Origin: a virus
Virus record (IMG/VR): IMGVR_UViG_3300048914_000065
Reading direction: 5' to 3' (one strand)
Length of the DNA stretch: 45,081 nt
Shown: piece by piece, positions 9,652 to 17,692 of the stretch
How positions within the stretch are numbered: position 1 is the first letter of the stretch
How the letters are laid out: each line of letters starts with the position of its first letter
Made by a program: the position numbers and the translations under genes
Notes under the pieces: model-generated
Told to the model about the DNA's origin: nothing
Database searches by the model: none
What the model saw: only the letters and a program-made list of their open reading frames with translations

Positions 9652-10098
9652 TTAGTTTTTTGCTTCGATCTCCAGGGCTTCGTCACGAAACAGCGCGACG
9701 CGACGCGAATCCGCAACGAGGTCGTCATACAGTTCCGGCAAGCGCACGAACAGCTTTTCAGCGTTTTCTTTGCTGAAAGGTGCCAGTGTTGCGGCGTCAG
9801 AAACTTCGCCGGTAATGTCCGACAGCGGGACATTTTCCCATCCGTTCAGACAACCGCCGATAAACGCTTGCATGTAGATTTGATCGGCGACGGATGGCGA
9901 CAGGGTTTCCAGTTCGATTGCACGACGATGCGGTTTGGACAGATTGTCCAGCAATGTCGAATAGCGCCTGTTAGCCTTGCCGGATCGCGATAGGTTGAAA
10001 GCGATTTCGCCTTTATTGGTTTCATTTACGCCTTTGACGACGCGCACGCCTTTGGTTTCTTTTTCGACGTTGGTTTTGTACGATGCGGAAAGTGACAT
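9652..10098 (-). CDS. Tail assembly chaperone, G-like.
   Basis: 148 aa, between the major tail gene and the TMP. It ends ...EALEIEAKN with a slippery heptamer directly before the stop codon. Confidence 0.6.
   Translation of the reverse strand: MSLSASYKTNVEKETKGVRVVKGVNETNKGEIAFNLSRSGKANRRYSTLLDNLSKPHRRAIELETLSPSVADQIYMQAFIGGCLNGWENVPLSDITGEVSDAATLAPFSKENAEKLFVRLPELYDDLVADSRRVALFRDEALEIEAKN
9655..9661 (-). other. Candidate -1 programmed ribosomal frameshift site, A_AAA_AAC.
   Basis: The minus strand reads gcA AAA AAC taa. This is an X_XXY_YYZ heptamer at the last two sense codons of the G-like ORF, and the -1 frame continues as KLIEVLFYMLEMG... Confidence 0.55.
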
Positions 10099-10123
10099 TT
10101 CAATATCCTAGTTATGGTTGAAT

Positions 10124-10143
10124 GGGCCGGGGTTAGCCGGCCC
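10124..10143 (-). terminator. GC stem-loop just downstream of the major tail gene, with no U-tract (attenuator or RNA-stability element).
   Basis: gggccgg-ggttag-ccggccc: 7-bp perfect stem, 6-nt loop. Confidence 0.3.
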
Positions 10144-10152
10144 GGTGCTACA

Positions 10153-11694
10153 TTACGACGGCATGCCCACAGTGGGTAGGTACGGGAAGTGCGAAAGGGC
10201 CAGCGTGAAACCGTATTTATTTGCCGATGCGGCGCTGTCGACCGGGATCATGATCGCGTTGTCTTTTTCGACGCTGACTCGTCCGCCCGCGAGCGTGATA
10301 AGCGGCATGTCGACGACGAACCCGGCGTTCAGTTGCGACGCAATCAGGTTGAAAGACACGTCGGCATTGTTGCGCACGGCTTGAACCGCTGCGATAGTTT
10401 GGAAGTACGGCGAAAGACTTCCGCTAACTTCGAAGTCAGCGGCCGAAGTGTCGAAACCGCCGAGAACGCCGATAGCCTTATTGGCTTTCACGCCGTTGTT
10501 GATGACGATCTTCGCTTCGGTGACGTAACCAAACAGCGGCGACGATTGGCCCAGGATCGCGACGCGTTGTCGGAAGATGTCCGACGACGTGTTGTAAGCT
10601 TCTTCGCCGGGGGCTGAAACTCGCGTGCCGGCTTTTACGCCTTGCGTGCCGGTGCGGGTTTGTTCGTCGAGTGCGACGAACGTCAGATCGACGTTGATTT
10701 TATCGGTTTGCGGAACGTTAATCGTCAGTTCATTCGGAACAGCGCCGACGAGAACTTGCGATTGCGTACCGGAACCGTCATCGCCGAGTTGCCGTTCGAC
10801 TTGATACGAACGACGCTTAATGAGCGAACGAACGTTTTCGTTCTTCAGGAACGTGCCGAAGAAGATACGAATTGTTTTCGTTGCGCCGGTATCCGTGAGC
10901 GGGGCGCCGGTGAATTCTTCCAGCGTGATCGACTTTGCGGCGATTGAGGAAATGCGACCGTAGAACGGCGTACCCGTTGCGAATTTTTCGGCGGCACCGT
11001 CGCCACCGACGAACAGCCATTCGCCCAGGTTAAGACCCAGTGTCGTGAGGTCGGCGGCGGTCACGCCCAGTGTCGCGACGGTTCCGTTTACGGTCAACGT
11101 TGCGTCGCCCGCTGCGAATTGCCAGCCGACCGCGTGAAGCTTTGCGGCAACGGGCGGGGAAGCTTCGACGGTTAGACCGCCAACAGTTACGCTACCGGCC
11201 GCGCTTGCCGTGACCAGTTTCAGGCCGTTGTTGCCCGAGTTGGTGAACCCGCTTGCCAAGATCAGATGGTTCGCCAGGAACGAGCCCAAGCCCGACGCGG
11301 CGTTGTATTTGGTTGCGTCGGCGCTGGTGATCGTGACGCCAACCGCGCCGGTAATCGGGGCGGTCGTCGGTTTCTGGCGTGCGTCGGCGAAGAAGAAGCC
11401 TTGCAGCAGCCGGGTAAGGTTCGATTGCGTCAAGTCTTGATTCAACCCGCCCGATGCGTCCAGATCGGTCGTCGAACCTTTCCGGCGCTGGCGGTCGCCG
11501 CTAATCGGCGCGCGTGCGATGGTTGTAATGTTCGAACCGTAGTCGCTGTAGGAGTTCGGCTCCAGGTCGTACCATACGGCCTGGGTTTCGTCGCTAACGC
11601 CGTTCGTAACTACGCCCGGCAGAACTTTAAGCGATGATTCTTCAGCATACGCAGCCGAAGTGATGTTACTGTCAATCTTATTCGGAGTCGTCAT
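10153..11694 (-). CDS. Major tail (tube) protein, large form.
   Basis: 513 aa, between a terminator-like protein and the chaperones. It is visibly GC-rich like the capsid gene and is followed by a stem-loop. Confidence 0.55.
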   Translation of the reverse strand: MTTPNKIDSNITSAAYAEESSLKVLPGVVTNGVSDETQAVWYDLEPNSYSDYGSNITTIARAPISGDRQRRKGSTTDLDASGGLNQDLTQSNLTRLLQGFFFADARQKPTTAPITGAVGVTITSADATKYNAASGLGSFLANHLILASGFTNSGNNGLKLVTASAAGSVTVGGLTVEASPPVAAKLHAVGWQFAAGDATLTVNGTVATLGVTAADLTTLGLNLGEWLFVGGDGAAEKFATGTPFYGRISSIAAKSITLEEFTGAPLTDTGATKTIRIFFGTFLKNENVRSLIKRRSYQVERQLGDDGSGTQSQVLVGAVPNELTINVPQTDKINVDLTFVALDEQTRTGTQGVKAGTRVSAPGEEAYNTSSDIFRQRVAILGQSSPLFGYVTEAKIVINNGVKANKAIGVLGGFDTSAADFEVSGSLSPYFQTIAAVQAVRNNADVSFNLIASQLNAGFVVDMPLITLAGGRVSVEKDNAIMIPVDSAASANKYGFTLALSHFPYLPTVGMPS

Positions 11695-11705
11695 ATGTGC
11701 CCCTT

Positions 11706-12161
11706 TTACCCTAATTCGTCGTATTCAAATTCGGCCACGACGTTAAACCGTATTGCGCTGTTTTCGGGCGGCAATTCCTGTACGCGGGCGTTACGGAACG
11801 TAACTTTACCCGAAGAAAGACGTTTACGGAAAGCATTTTTAAACAGGGTCGCTAAATCACCGCCCTTTTCGTTCGCCGTAACGTCGTATTGTGGGCAAAA
11901 TAGCTGAACGTAAACCAAACCTGTTACCGTAAACAGCCGCAAGTTATCTTCGCCAACGTTGCCGCTTAATGCTTTCTGATGTTCGTCGGCAGTGACCGTG
12001 GATGCGCGGCCCCAATAAATAGACGAATCCGGCGTATTAGTTTCAACGCCGGGCCATACCATGTTGAAGTTATTGGCCGAAATAATCGTAGCGGCGTCGG
12101 ATAAGACCGAACGAATTCGCCCGAATATTTCATCGATTGCGGCTTTACGTGTTGTGCTCAT
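11706..12161 (-). CDS. Tail terminator / tail completion protein (gpU-like).
   Basis: 151 aa, directly upstream of the major tail gene. The pattern MVWPGVE...IYWGRAS...GLVYVQLFCP...FNVVAEFEYD fits tail-completion families. Confidence 0.45.
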   Translation of the reverse strand: MSTTRKAAIDEIFGRIRSVLSDAATIISANNFNMVWPGVETNTPDSSIYWGRASTVTADEHQKALSGNVGEDNLRLFTVTGLVYVQLFCPQYDVTANEKGGDLATLFKNAFRKRLSSGKVTFRNARVQELPPENSAIRFNVVAEFEYDELG

Positions 12162-12517
12162 AGTGTGAAATCGACGTAATACATAATGGTTTGACCGTTA
12201 GGCGATAACGGCCGAATCTTCGAAACATTGAGCGTTTTATTGCCACGAACGACGAAATCTTTTAACGACGGTTCGAAGTCTACAGCGTGCATGATGCAGT
12301 TTTTCATAACCGTTGTTTGAACTTCACCGCTTTTGTCGTAGCTTGTAACCTCGTCGGTAAACAAGATCGAAACGTCGGATTCTGTAACGGCAACGCCGGT
12401 CGGACGCCAGGGCGTCGTGCTGTCTTCGGCCGCACCTACCGACCGCCATACGACGGATTCACCGGCTGCTTCAATATCGGCTTTTGCCGATGCTATTTCC
12501 TTGTCGTAAATGCCCAC
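12158..12517 (-). CDS. Neck / head-tail joining protein (hypothetical).
   Basis: Track ORF 12158..12577 overlaps the upstream gene. GTG 12517 sits 2 nt after the upstream TAA and gives 119 aa. Function is inferred from position only. Confidence 0.35.
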   Translation of the reverse strand: MGIYDKEIASAKADIEAAGESVVWRSVGAAEDSTTPWRPTGVAVTESDVSILFTDEVTSYDKSGEVQTTVMKNCIMHAVDFEPSLKDFVVRGNKTLNVSKIRPLSPNGQTIMYYVDFTL

Positions 12518-12518
12518 A

Positions 12519-13010
12519 TTACACCCGCACGGTGGATAAGGCCCAGCCACCGCCGCTTGTCTTGAACAGTGGTTCAAGCAACGAATCGACAGCCGGGATA
12601 GAAGGGCCGTACGACGGTTCGAAATATTCGGTTTCCATCGGGCCGACCTTTTTACGTTTGATTCGGTCGCTTACAGCGTGCAAATCGACGCCCGACGCGA
12701 GTTCAATGACCAGCCTGCATTGCGCGTCTTTAAGTAATTTCGGAATTGCGGTCGCGTCGATTGGGAATCCGTCGATATAAACGTCTTCGCGAGGGAACTG
12801 CAACGATTGCGCAATCGATACTTTCGATCCTTGGTAGTTGCTTCGTTTCGACTCCAAATAATCGGTTGCGCTTACGATCAGAAATTCGATTTCAGGGTCG
12901 GTGTTATCGAATGTGATTCCGCGCGCACTGGCAAATGCGCGCACGTCACTCGTCGTCACATACGAATTTGCATCTTCGATGATTGATCCGTCTTCGATAA
13001 TGATTGTCAT
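12519..13010 (-). CDS. Head-tail adaptor (gp6-like connector).
   Basis: 163 aa. The N-terminus EDANSYVTTSDVRAFASARGI...LIVSATDYLES matches the usual adaptor pattern. Confidence 0.55.
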   Translation of the reverse strand: MTIIIEDGSIIEDANSYVTTSDVRAFASARGITFDNTDPEIEFLIVSATDYLESKRSNYQGSKVSIAQSLQFPREDVYIDGFPIDATAIPKLLKDAQCRLVIELASGVDLHAVSDRIKRKKVGPMETEYFEPSYGPSIPAVDSLLEPLFKTSGGGWALSTVRV

Positions 13011-13053
13011 ACTCTGCCTTTTAAAGCTTGAATTCTAACAGGAAATACGGAAC

Positions 13054-13734
13054 TTATCGAATCGTAGTCGCTTTAATGACGCGCGGGCTTTTACGAATTA
13101 TTCGAGGGAACGTAGCTTTTAGCGTTAATCGCAATCCTGAAGCAACGTATTGATACGCCGAAGCCGTGGACGTTCCGTATGAATGACCGGCACTTGAACG
13201 AATCATTTGCGTAATCGCGATTGAATATACACCGTTAACCGAAATGCCTAAACCTGTCGCAATTCTGATTCCGCACCCGGTCAAACTAGCTACGCCACTT
13301 GCCATGCCAACTGTGCTACGAATAGCGCGACCAATACCCAGCATAGTCGAAGCACCAAAAGCTGAGCCCTGCGCGCTTTTATAATTTCCGCTTGACGTAC
13401 CGTAAACGTCAGACGAAGCGTACGTATTTGCAATGCTGACGGCAATTCGTCCGCCAACTGCATTTGCCGCACTTGCACCGTAATCAACAGCCGTCGCAAC
13501 AGCGATTCGTCGCCCTAAACCTGTCGATATTGAGTTTGCCGAAGCTACACCGATTGTAAGCGCGATGCGTTGCCCAATTAAGGCGGACGATGCAGCTGAC
13601 GTAACAACTCCGACAGCTTTAGCGATACAGCGCCCGACGCCAATTGCAATCGAAGAACCGTTGATTACACCAACTGTCGAACCAACGTCAAATGCCCCGC
13701 TATCAAATGCCCCGCTATCAAATGCGCTTGCCAT
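13054..13734 (-). CDS. Repeat-rich protein: an (AFDSG)x3 N-terminus followed by about seven 19-20 aa G-x-G-R-x-I-A repeats.
   Basis: 226 aa. The 15-bp unit atcaaatgccccgct occurs twice in tandem at 13685-13714, followed by a degenerate third copy atcaaatgcgcttgc at 13715-13729. Periodic IGVGRCIA / LIGQRIAL / GLGRRIAV / VGGRIAV / GIGRAIR / GCGIRIA motifs follow. Confidence 0.4.
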   Translation of the reverse strand: MASAFDSGAFDSGAFDVGSTVGVINGSSIAIGVGRCIAKAVGVVTSAASSALIGQRIALTIGVASANSISTGLGRRIAVATAVDYGASAANAVGGRIAVSIANTYASSDVYGTSSGNYKSAQGSAFGASTMLGIGRAIRSTVGMASGVASLTGCGIRIATGLGISVNGVYSIAITQMIRSSAGHSYGTSTASAYQYVASGLRLTLKATFPRIIRKSPRVIKATTIR

Positions 13735-14108
13735 TAGAGAGTGACCGCCAATTCAAACACAGCTTGACGGCTATCGTCGTCGATTCGTAACGATGCGCAT
13801 AACGACAGAATTAGCGGATCGTCAGACACGAAAACTGGTGCGCGTTGCCATCCCATGCGCACAAGAATATCAGGGGAAGCGTTGGCCGCAGCGTCGACCG
13901 TTTCAAGCATTCCGTTTCGGTCGAGCGCTTGAATAAGTTGCCACGATGTGACGTAAATGCTAGGGTGGGCCGGGCCGTCATCCACGATCTGCGGGCCGTT
14001 TCCCTGCGCGAGCCATGCGGCGTACGCCTCGTATTCGGGGGTGCTGTCGTCGAGAGGGATTACCGTATCCCCAAGTTTCAGGACGCCGGCACTTGTCAAC
14101 GTGTACAT
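13734..14108 (-). CDS. Hypothetical protein in the head-module accessory block.
   Basis: 124-aa ORF, tightly packed with its neighbours (ATGA-type overlap at 13734). Confidence 0.4.
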   Translation of the reverse strand: MYTLTSAGVLKLGDTVIPLDDSTPEYEAYAAWLAQGNGPQIVDDGPAHPSIYVTSWQLIQALDRNGMLETVDAAANASPDILVRMGWQRAPVFVSDDPLILSLCASLRIDDDSRQAVFELAVTL

Positions 14109-14110
14109 GA

Positions 14111-15049
14111 TCAGGAATCCGTTTCGATATATAGCGACATAATGTCGATGGTGATTACCTGGGCACTTGCGCCAGCTACGACGTTATATTGTGGATGCAT
14201 CAGCGTGTTCGAGGCCGGGATGTCGGACGTGAACGTACCTGATGCGAAATCACCGGTGTTCACCCGCGTAACAGCCCACTTGACGGTTGTTGAATTTGGC
14301 GGAACGTACATCACAAGTTCGTACACGTCGACGCTTTGCGTCGTGCATGGGAAGTTCGCGCCCAGGTCAGTTTTCGTGGCCGTCCCAGTACCGTCGTTGC
14401 TGAAGATTGACCAGTTCGTATCCCCGCCGTCATAGCCGATACCGATGATGTTTACCGCCGATGATGGATTGATTGCCCCCAACGCGCCGGTTCCCGCCAC
14501 CATGCCGACAAATGCGCGACCGTCAGTGATTGCGGCGGAATTTGCGATACCGAAGCGGCTGATGTAATGAAATCCGCCCATACCGGCTGACGCGCCAAAG
14601 AAAAACTGCGCGCTGCTCGGTTTTACGGTGTAGCTCGAATTTGAACTAGCACCGGTCGAAAAGCTTACGCGCCGTATGCTTTGAAAAAGATTCGTGGTTG
14701 AGACGTTCTTTGAATTGCCGGTTTGCGCTGGCGGTAGCATTCCAACTGCGGTCAGAGTCGTGCCGTTACCGCTCGGGATCCAGTATGCAGATCTACCTCG
14801 CCCGATATGCGGTTGAAGCGCGGCGACGAGACCATCGCTGCCGATCACGGCGGGCAAGGCTCGACCGGCGAGACTACGTGCGAACAGCCCAAGCTTGCCG
14901 GAAGCGGGCGACGACGGAACGTCGGTGCGGGTCGCCATCGTCACGCCATCGGAATCAATGACGTGATCGGCGTTCCAGTCATCGCCGCCGACTTTACTTG
15001 AGTCGGACGACGCGCCCGCCGCCGATGTTTTAGCATGCTTGAGGGTCAC
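14111..15049 (-). CDS. Fibre-like protein.
   Basis: 312 aa with an N-terminal KVGGDDWNADH motif of the kind seen at fibre N-termini, and a Ser/Gly/Thr/Asn-rich beta-type remainder. Confidence 0.4.
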   Translation of the reverse strand: MTLKHAKTSAAGASSDSSKVGGDDWNADHVIDSDGVTMATRTDVPSSPASGKLGLFARSLAGRALPAVIGSDGLVAALQPHIGRGRSAYWIPSGNGTTLTAVGMLPPAQTGNSKNVSTTNLFQSIRRVSFSTGASSNSSYTVKPSSAQFFFGASAGMGGFHYISRFGIANSAAITDGRAFVGMVAGTGALGAINPSSAVNIIGIGYDGGDTNWSIFSNDGTGTATKTDLGANFPCTTQSVDVYELVMYVPPNSTTVKWAVTRVNTGDFASGTFTSDIPASNTLMHPQYNVVAGASAQVITIDIMSLYIETDS

Positions 15050-15052
15050 GGT

Positions 15053-15493
15053 TTAGTCTTCCGTCACGGTGGATTCTTTAGCAATACGCGGGATGGTGCC
15101 CACAGTCATGGCGATGTTCGGCGTGATGGCGCCGGAATACAGGCGCTTGCCCGCACCGCTCGCGGCCGTGCCGATGGCCCAATGCGTGATATCCGAACCC
15201 GGTGATGCCGTACACGCGGGGAAGTCTTGATCTGCGACCGGGCTTACGCTGTTACCCGTTACGGTGAAACCACCCGTCGTACGTGCGACAGCTTTTCGCG
15301 CATAGCCGGTGTACGCCGTTTCGTTTGTGGTTTGGTCGCCGGTTTCGCCGGGGTCGCCGACATGCAACGACAGATACAAACTACCCGCCGCTGCGCTCGG
15401 TTGCAATCCGCTTGCGTCGCCAATACCGGCGATTGCGGTATTGTTGAACACGAGTTTCATCCAATCGTTTTCGAAAGTGTCAGATTTGCTCAT
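15053..15493 (-). CDS. Hypothetical structural protein.
   Basis: 146 aa. The pattern ENDWMKLVFNNTA...LYLSLHVGDPGETGDQTTNE..YTGYARK recurs in phage structural modules. Confidence 0.4.
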   Translation of the reverse strand: MSKSDTFENDWMKLVFNNTAIAGIGDASGLQPSAAAGSLYLSLHVGDPGETGDQTTNETAYTGYARKAVARTTGGFTVTGNSVSPVADQDFPACTASPGSDITHWAIGTAASGAGKRLYSGAITPNIAMTVGTIPRIAKESTVTED

Positions 15494-15505
15494 TTTCGAC
15501 CCCGA

Positions 15506-15892
15506 TTAGGTGTTAGCGGTCCAGCCCGCGGCGGCAGGTTGCGGCGCCGGGGCGGATTTGGCTTTGCCGGTCGGTTGAGCGGCCGGGGCGTCAACGACGG
15601 TTTCGCGGGCTTGCGCTGCGGCTTGTGCGTTCTGGCGAGCCTTCGACAGCCGTTCTGAGTTTGCGTCCATATACGCTTCGATAGCCTTGCTGGCTTCAGG
15701 GTACGCTTCGGCGTACCTGGCCGGCACCACACCTGCGACACCGTCACATTCTTCCAGCGCGCCGGCATGGTCGCCGAATTCGGCGTTGCGGAACCTGACG
15801 TTGGGGCCGAACTGCATTGCTTCGGCCTGTTCTTCTTCGGTAGGGACGGCAGTTGCGATAAAAAACAGAATTACGGGAAACTTTTTGAGCAT
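15506..15892 (-). CDS. Hypothetical protein with an N-terminal hydrophobic signal/anchor-like segment and an Ala/Pro/Gln-rich tail.
   Basis: 128 aa, beginning MLKKFPVILFFIATAVPTEEE. A GAGG Shine-Dalgarno sits 4 nt before ATG 15892. Confidence 0.4.
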   Translation of the reverse strand: MLKKFPVILFFIATAVPTEEEQAEAMQFGPNVRFRNAEFGDHAGALEECDGVAGVVPARYAEAYPEASKAIEAYMDANSERLSKARQNAQAAAQARETVVDAPAAQPTGKAKSAPAPQPAAAGWTANT

Positions 15893-15922
15893 GATTACCT
15901 CAGAATATAATGGTCGATACGA

Positions 15923-15946
15923 ATACGGGGCCGTTAAGCCCCGTAT
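15923..15946 (-). terminator. Stem-loop downstream of the major capsid gene (partial terminator or stabiliser, weak U-tract).
   Basis: atacggggc-cgttaa-gccccgtat: 9-bp perfect stem. Confidence 0.35.
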
Positions 15947-15968
15947 GTTAGATCGCTACTGCGGCTGA

Positions 15969-16934
15969 TTAGTTGGATTTCAGCAGAACGCCGGCAAGGT
16001 CTTTGTTGTCGGTTACGATCTTGTCCCAGTTCGTAGCCGTCGCCAGTGCCGCGTCATTCGGCGACTTGCCGCCGTTCGTCTTGTCCCACGTGAAGCCCTT
16101 GATGCCGAGTTGGTACGACCATTCAGCCTGGAACGTGCGCTTGATATTCTCGTCGCCGTTCGTCGTTTGGATGTTGTCGGTATAGTCGTTGTTCTGATGA
16201 ACTTCCAGACCGCCCGGCGCGAGACCCAGCGTGTAATACACGTTCGGCGTGCCGGCCACGACGAGACCCGGCGCATCGGTCACGACGAACAGCCGGCCGA
16301 ACGGGTCGGATACGACGTTGATGGTGCCGTATTTGAACAGGTTCGCGGCGTTGGCGATGGCGGCGCCGTAGAAGTCGGCCATACCCTTCGAATGCATGAC
16401 CCATACGGCGATGTCGCCGGAACGGTCGCCGAACTTGAACGCCGTGTTGTTCAGGGCGGTCGCGTTGACGGTTTTCACCGTGTCGGCTGTTGCGTCGTAG
16501 ATGATGGCCGATTGGCCGGAAAGTGCGACGCGACCGGCCGTCAGTGCCGTGTTGAGCATGTCGGCCATGGTATCGATGGCCAGTTGTTGACCCATTGCGG
16601 CGGCTGCGACTTCGGGATTCATTTGAATCCATTTGAACTGGCCGGGGTCGAGTTCGACAGGCGGCGTGCCGGCTGCAACCTTCACCATCGCATCGGAGAT
16701 ATGCGCCAGCTTTTTAGACGATACGGCGCCCGAGCCATATGCGTTACGACGGCGAACCAGACCGCTGATTTTTTGGAAGAACGCGACTTCGTTAAAGTCG
16801 CCTTGATGGGCTGCGGATTGCAGGACGATTGCGCCGTTCGATGCTGCGTTGAACAGATCGATTTGTTGACGCAGCACTTCGGTAGAAGTGCTGTACAGTT
16901 GTTCGGAAAATACTGCAAGATCGGAAAGTGCCAC
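15969..16934 (-). CDS. Major capsid protein.
   Basis: 321 aa, directly after the scaffold gene. It is among the most GC-rich genes (60-68% in lines read by eye) and is followed by a stem-loop. Confidence 0.8.
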   Translation of the reverse strand: MALSDLAVFSEQLYSTSTEVLRQQIDLFNAASNGAIVLQSAAHQGDFNEVAFFQKISGLVRRRNAYGSGAVSSKKLAHISDAMVKVAAGTPPVELDPGQFKWIQMNPEVAAAAMGQQLAIDTMADMLNTALTAGRVALSGQSAIIYDATADTVKTVNATALNNTAFKFGDRSGDIAVWVMHSKGMADFYGAAIANAANLFKYGTINVVSDPFGRLFVVTDAPGLVVAGTPNVYYTLGLAPGGLEVHQNNDYTDNIQTTNGDENIKRTFQAEWSYQLGIKGFTWDKTNGGKSPNDAALATATNWDKIVTDNKDLAGVLLKSN

Positions 16935-16948
16935 GATGAACCCCTTTA

Positions 16949-17656
16949 TTAAGCGTTAGCCGATTCACGTTGCGTTTTCATGTATTCCGCCAGTTGGGGC
17001 GGCGACATTTTCGCAAGGTTTGTCTGCTGATTGTTTTGGTTTTGCGCGTTGGGATTCCCGTTGCTAGCAAAGTTCGGTTTGCCGGCATTGCCGCCCGAAG
17101 CTTTACTACCGATAATGATACTAGAAAAATCCTTGTTGGCAACAAATTCTTGCTTCAAATCATCCAGACTCGCCGCCGAAACTTTGCCGGCACCGTCGAG
17201 AATGCGCAACGTCGGTGCGTCGCCTTCCAGATCGGCCGACAGCCGGGCGCGAATATGCGGCAACAGCAGTTTCGGTGACGTGCTGATTTCGGACGCGATA
17301 CGCATTGCTTCGCCGTTAATCATGGTTTCGCGAACGTGCGTTTCCAGCTTCGCGACACGAGCCTGATATTGCGCTTCGGTTTCGCCGTGTTTCTTCTTCC
17401 AGCTTTCCTCCAGCGTTTTAATGTCCTTGTGACGGTCGCCTGCCGACGCCGCCAGTTCGTCACGTTCGGTCTTGATCGTGGTATTTTCGCTGGTCAGGTC
17501 GTCGACTTGCTTTTTCAGGCGGGCGTTTGCGCGCTCCAGTTCGCCGGCATCATCCGTGTCGAGGAAATACGCGCCGTCTTTTTCTTTGTATTCAGCTTTC
17601 AGTGCGTCGTTAAGCGCGTCGAACGCCGCCTTATCAATCTTTCGTTTCAGTGCCAT
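16949..17656 (-). CDS. Scaffolding protein.
   Basis: 235 aa, charged coiled-coil sequence (KKQVDDLTSENTTIKTERDEL...), located between the MuF-like and capsid genes. Confidence 0.65.
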   Translation of the reverse strand: MALKRKIDKAAFDALNDALKAEYKEKDGAYFLDTDDAGELERANARLKKQVDDLTSENTTIKTERDELAASAGDRHKDIKTLEESWKKKHGETEAQYQARVAKLETHVRETMINGEAMRIASEISTSPKLLLPHIRARLSADLEGDAPTLRILDGAGKVSAASLDDLKQEFVANKDFSSIIIGSKASGGNAGKPNFASNGNPNAQNQNNQQTNLAKMSPPQLAEYMKTQRESANA

Positions 17657-17692
17657 TTTCGGGATTCCCTTTTAATTTAAGTTAAGCATTGC

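Noticed and set aside
13685-13729. 15-bp tandem repeat considered as a CRISPR-like or regulatory repeat.
   Set aside because: There are only two exact copies plus one degenerate copy, with no spacers, and the repeats are in frame, encoding AFDSG repeats at the start of an ORF.
16110-16952. 280-aa plus-strand ORF, and other ORFs on both strands, overlapping the capsid gene.
   Set aside because: It is antisense to a well-supported capsid gene, and its Arg/Gly/Val-rich, low-complexity translation is typical of shadow ORFs in GC-rich coding DNA. It has no Shine-Dalgarno or operon context.
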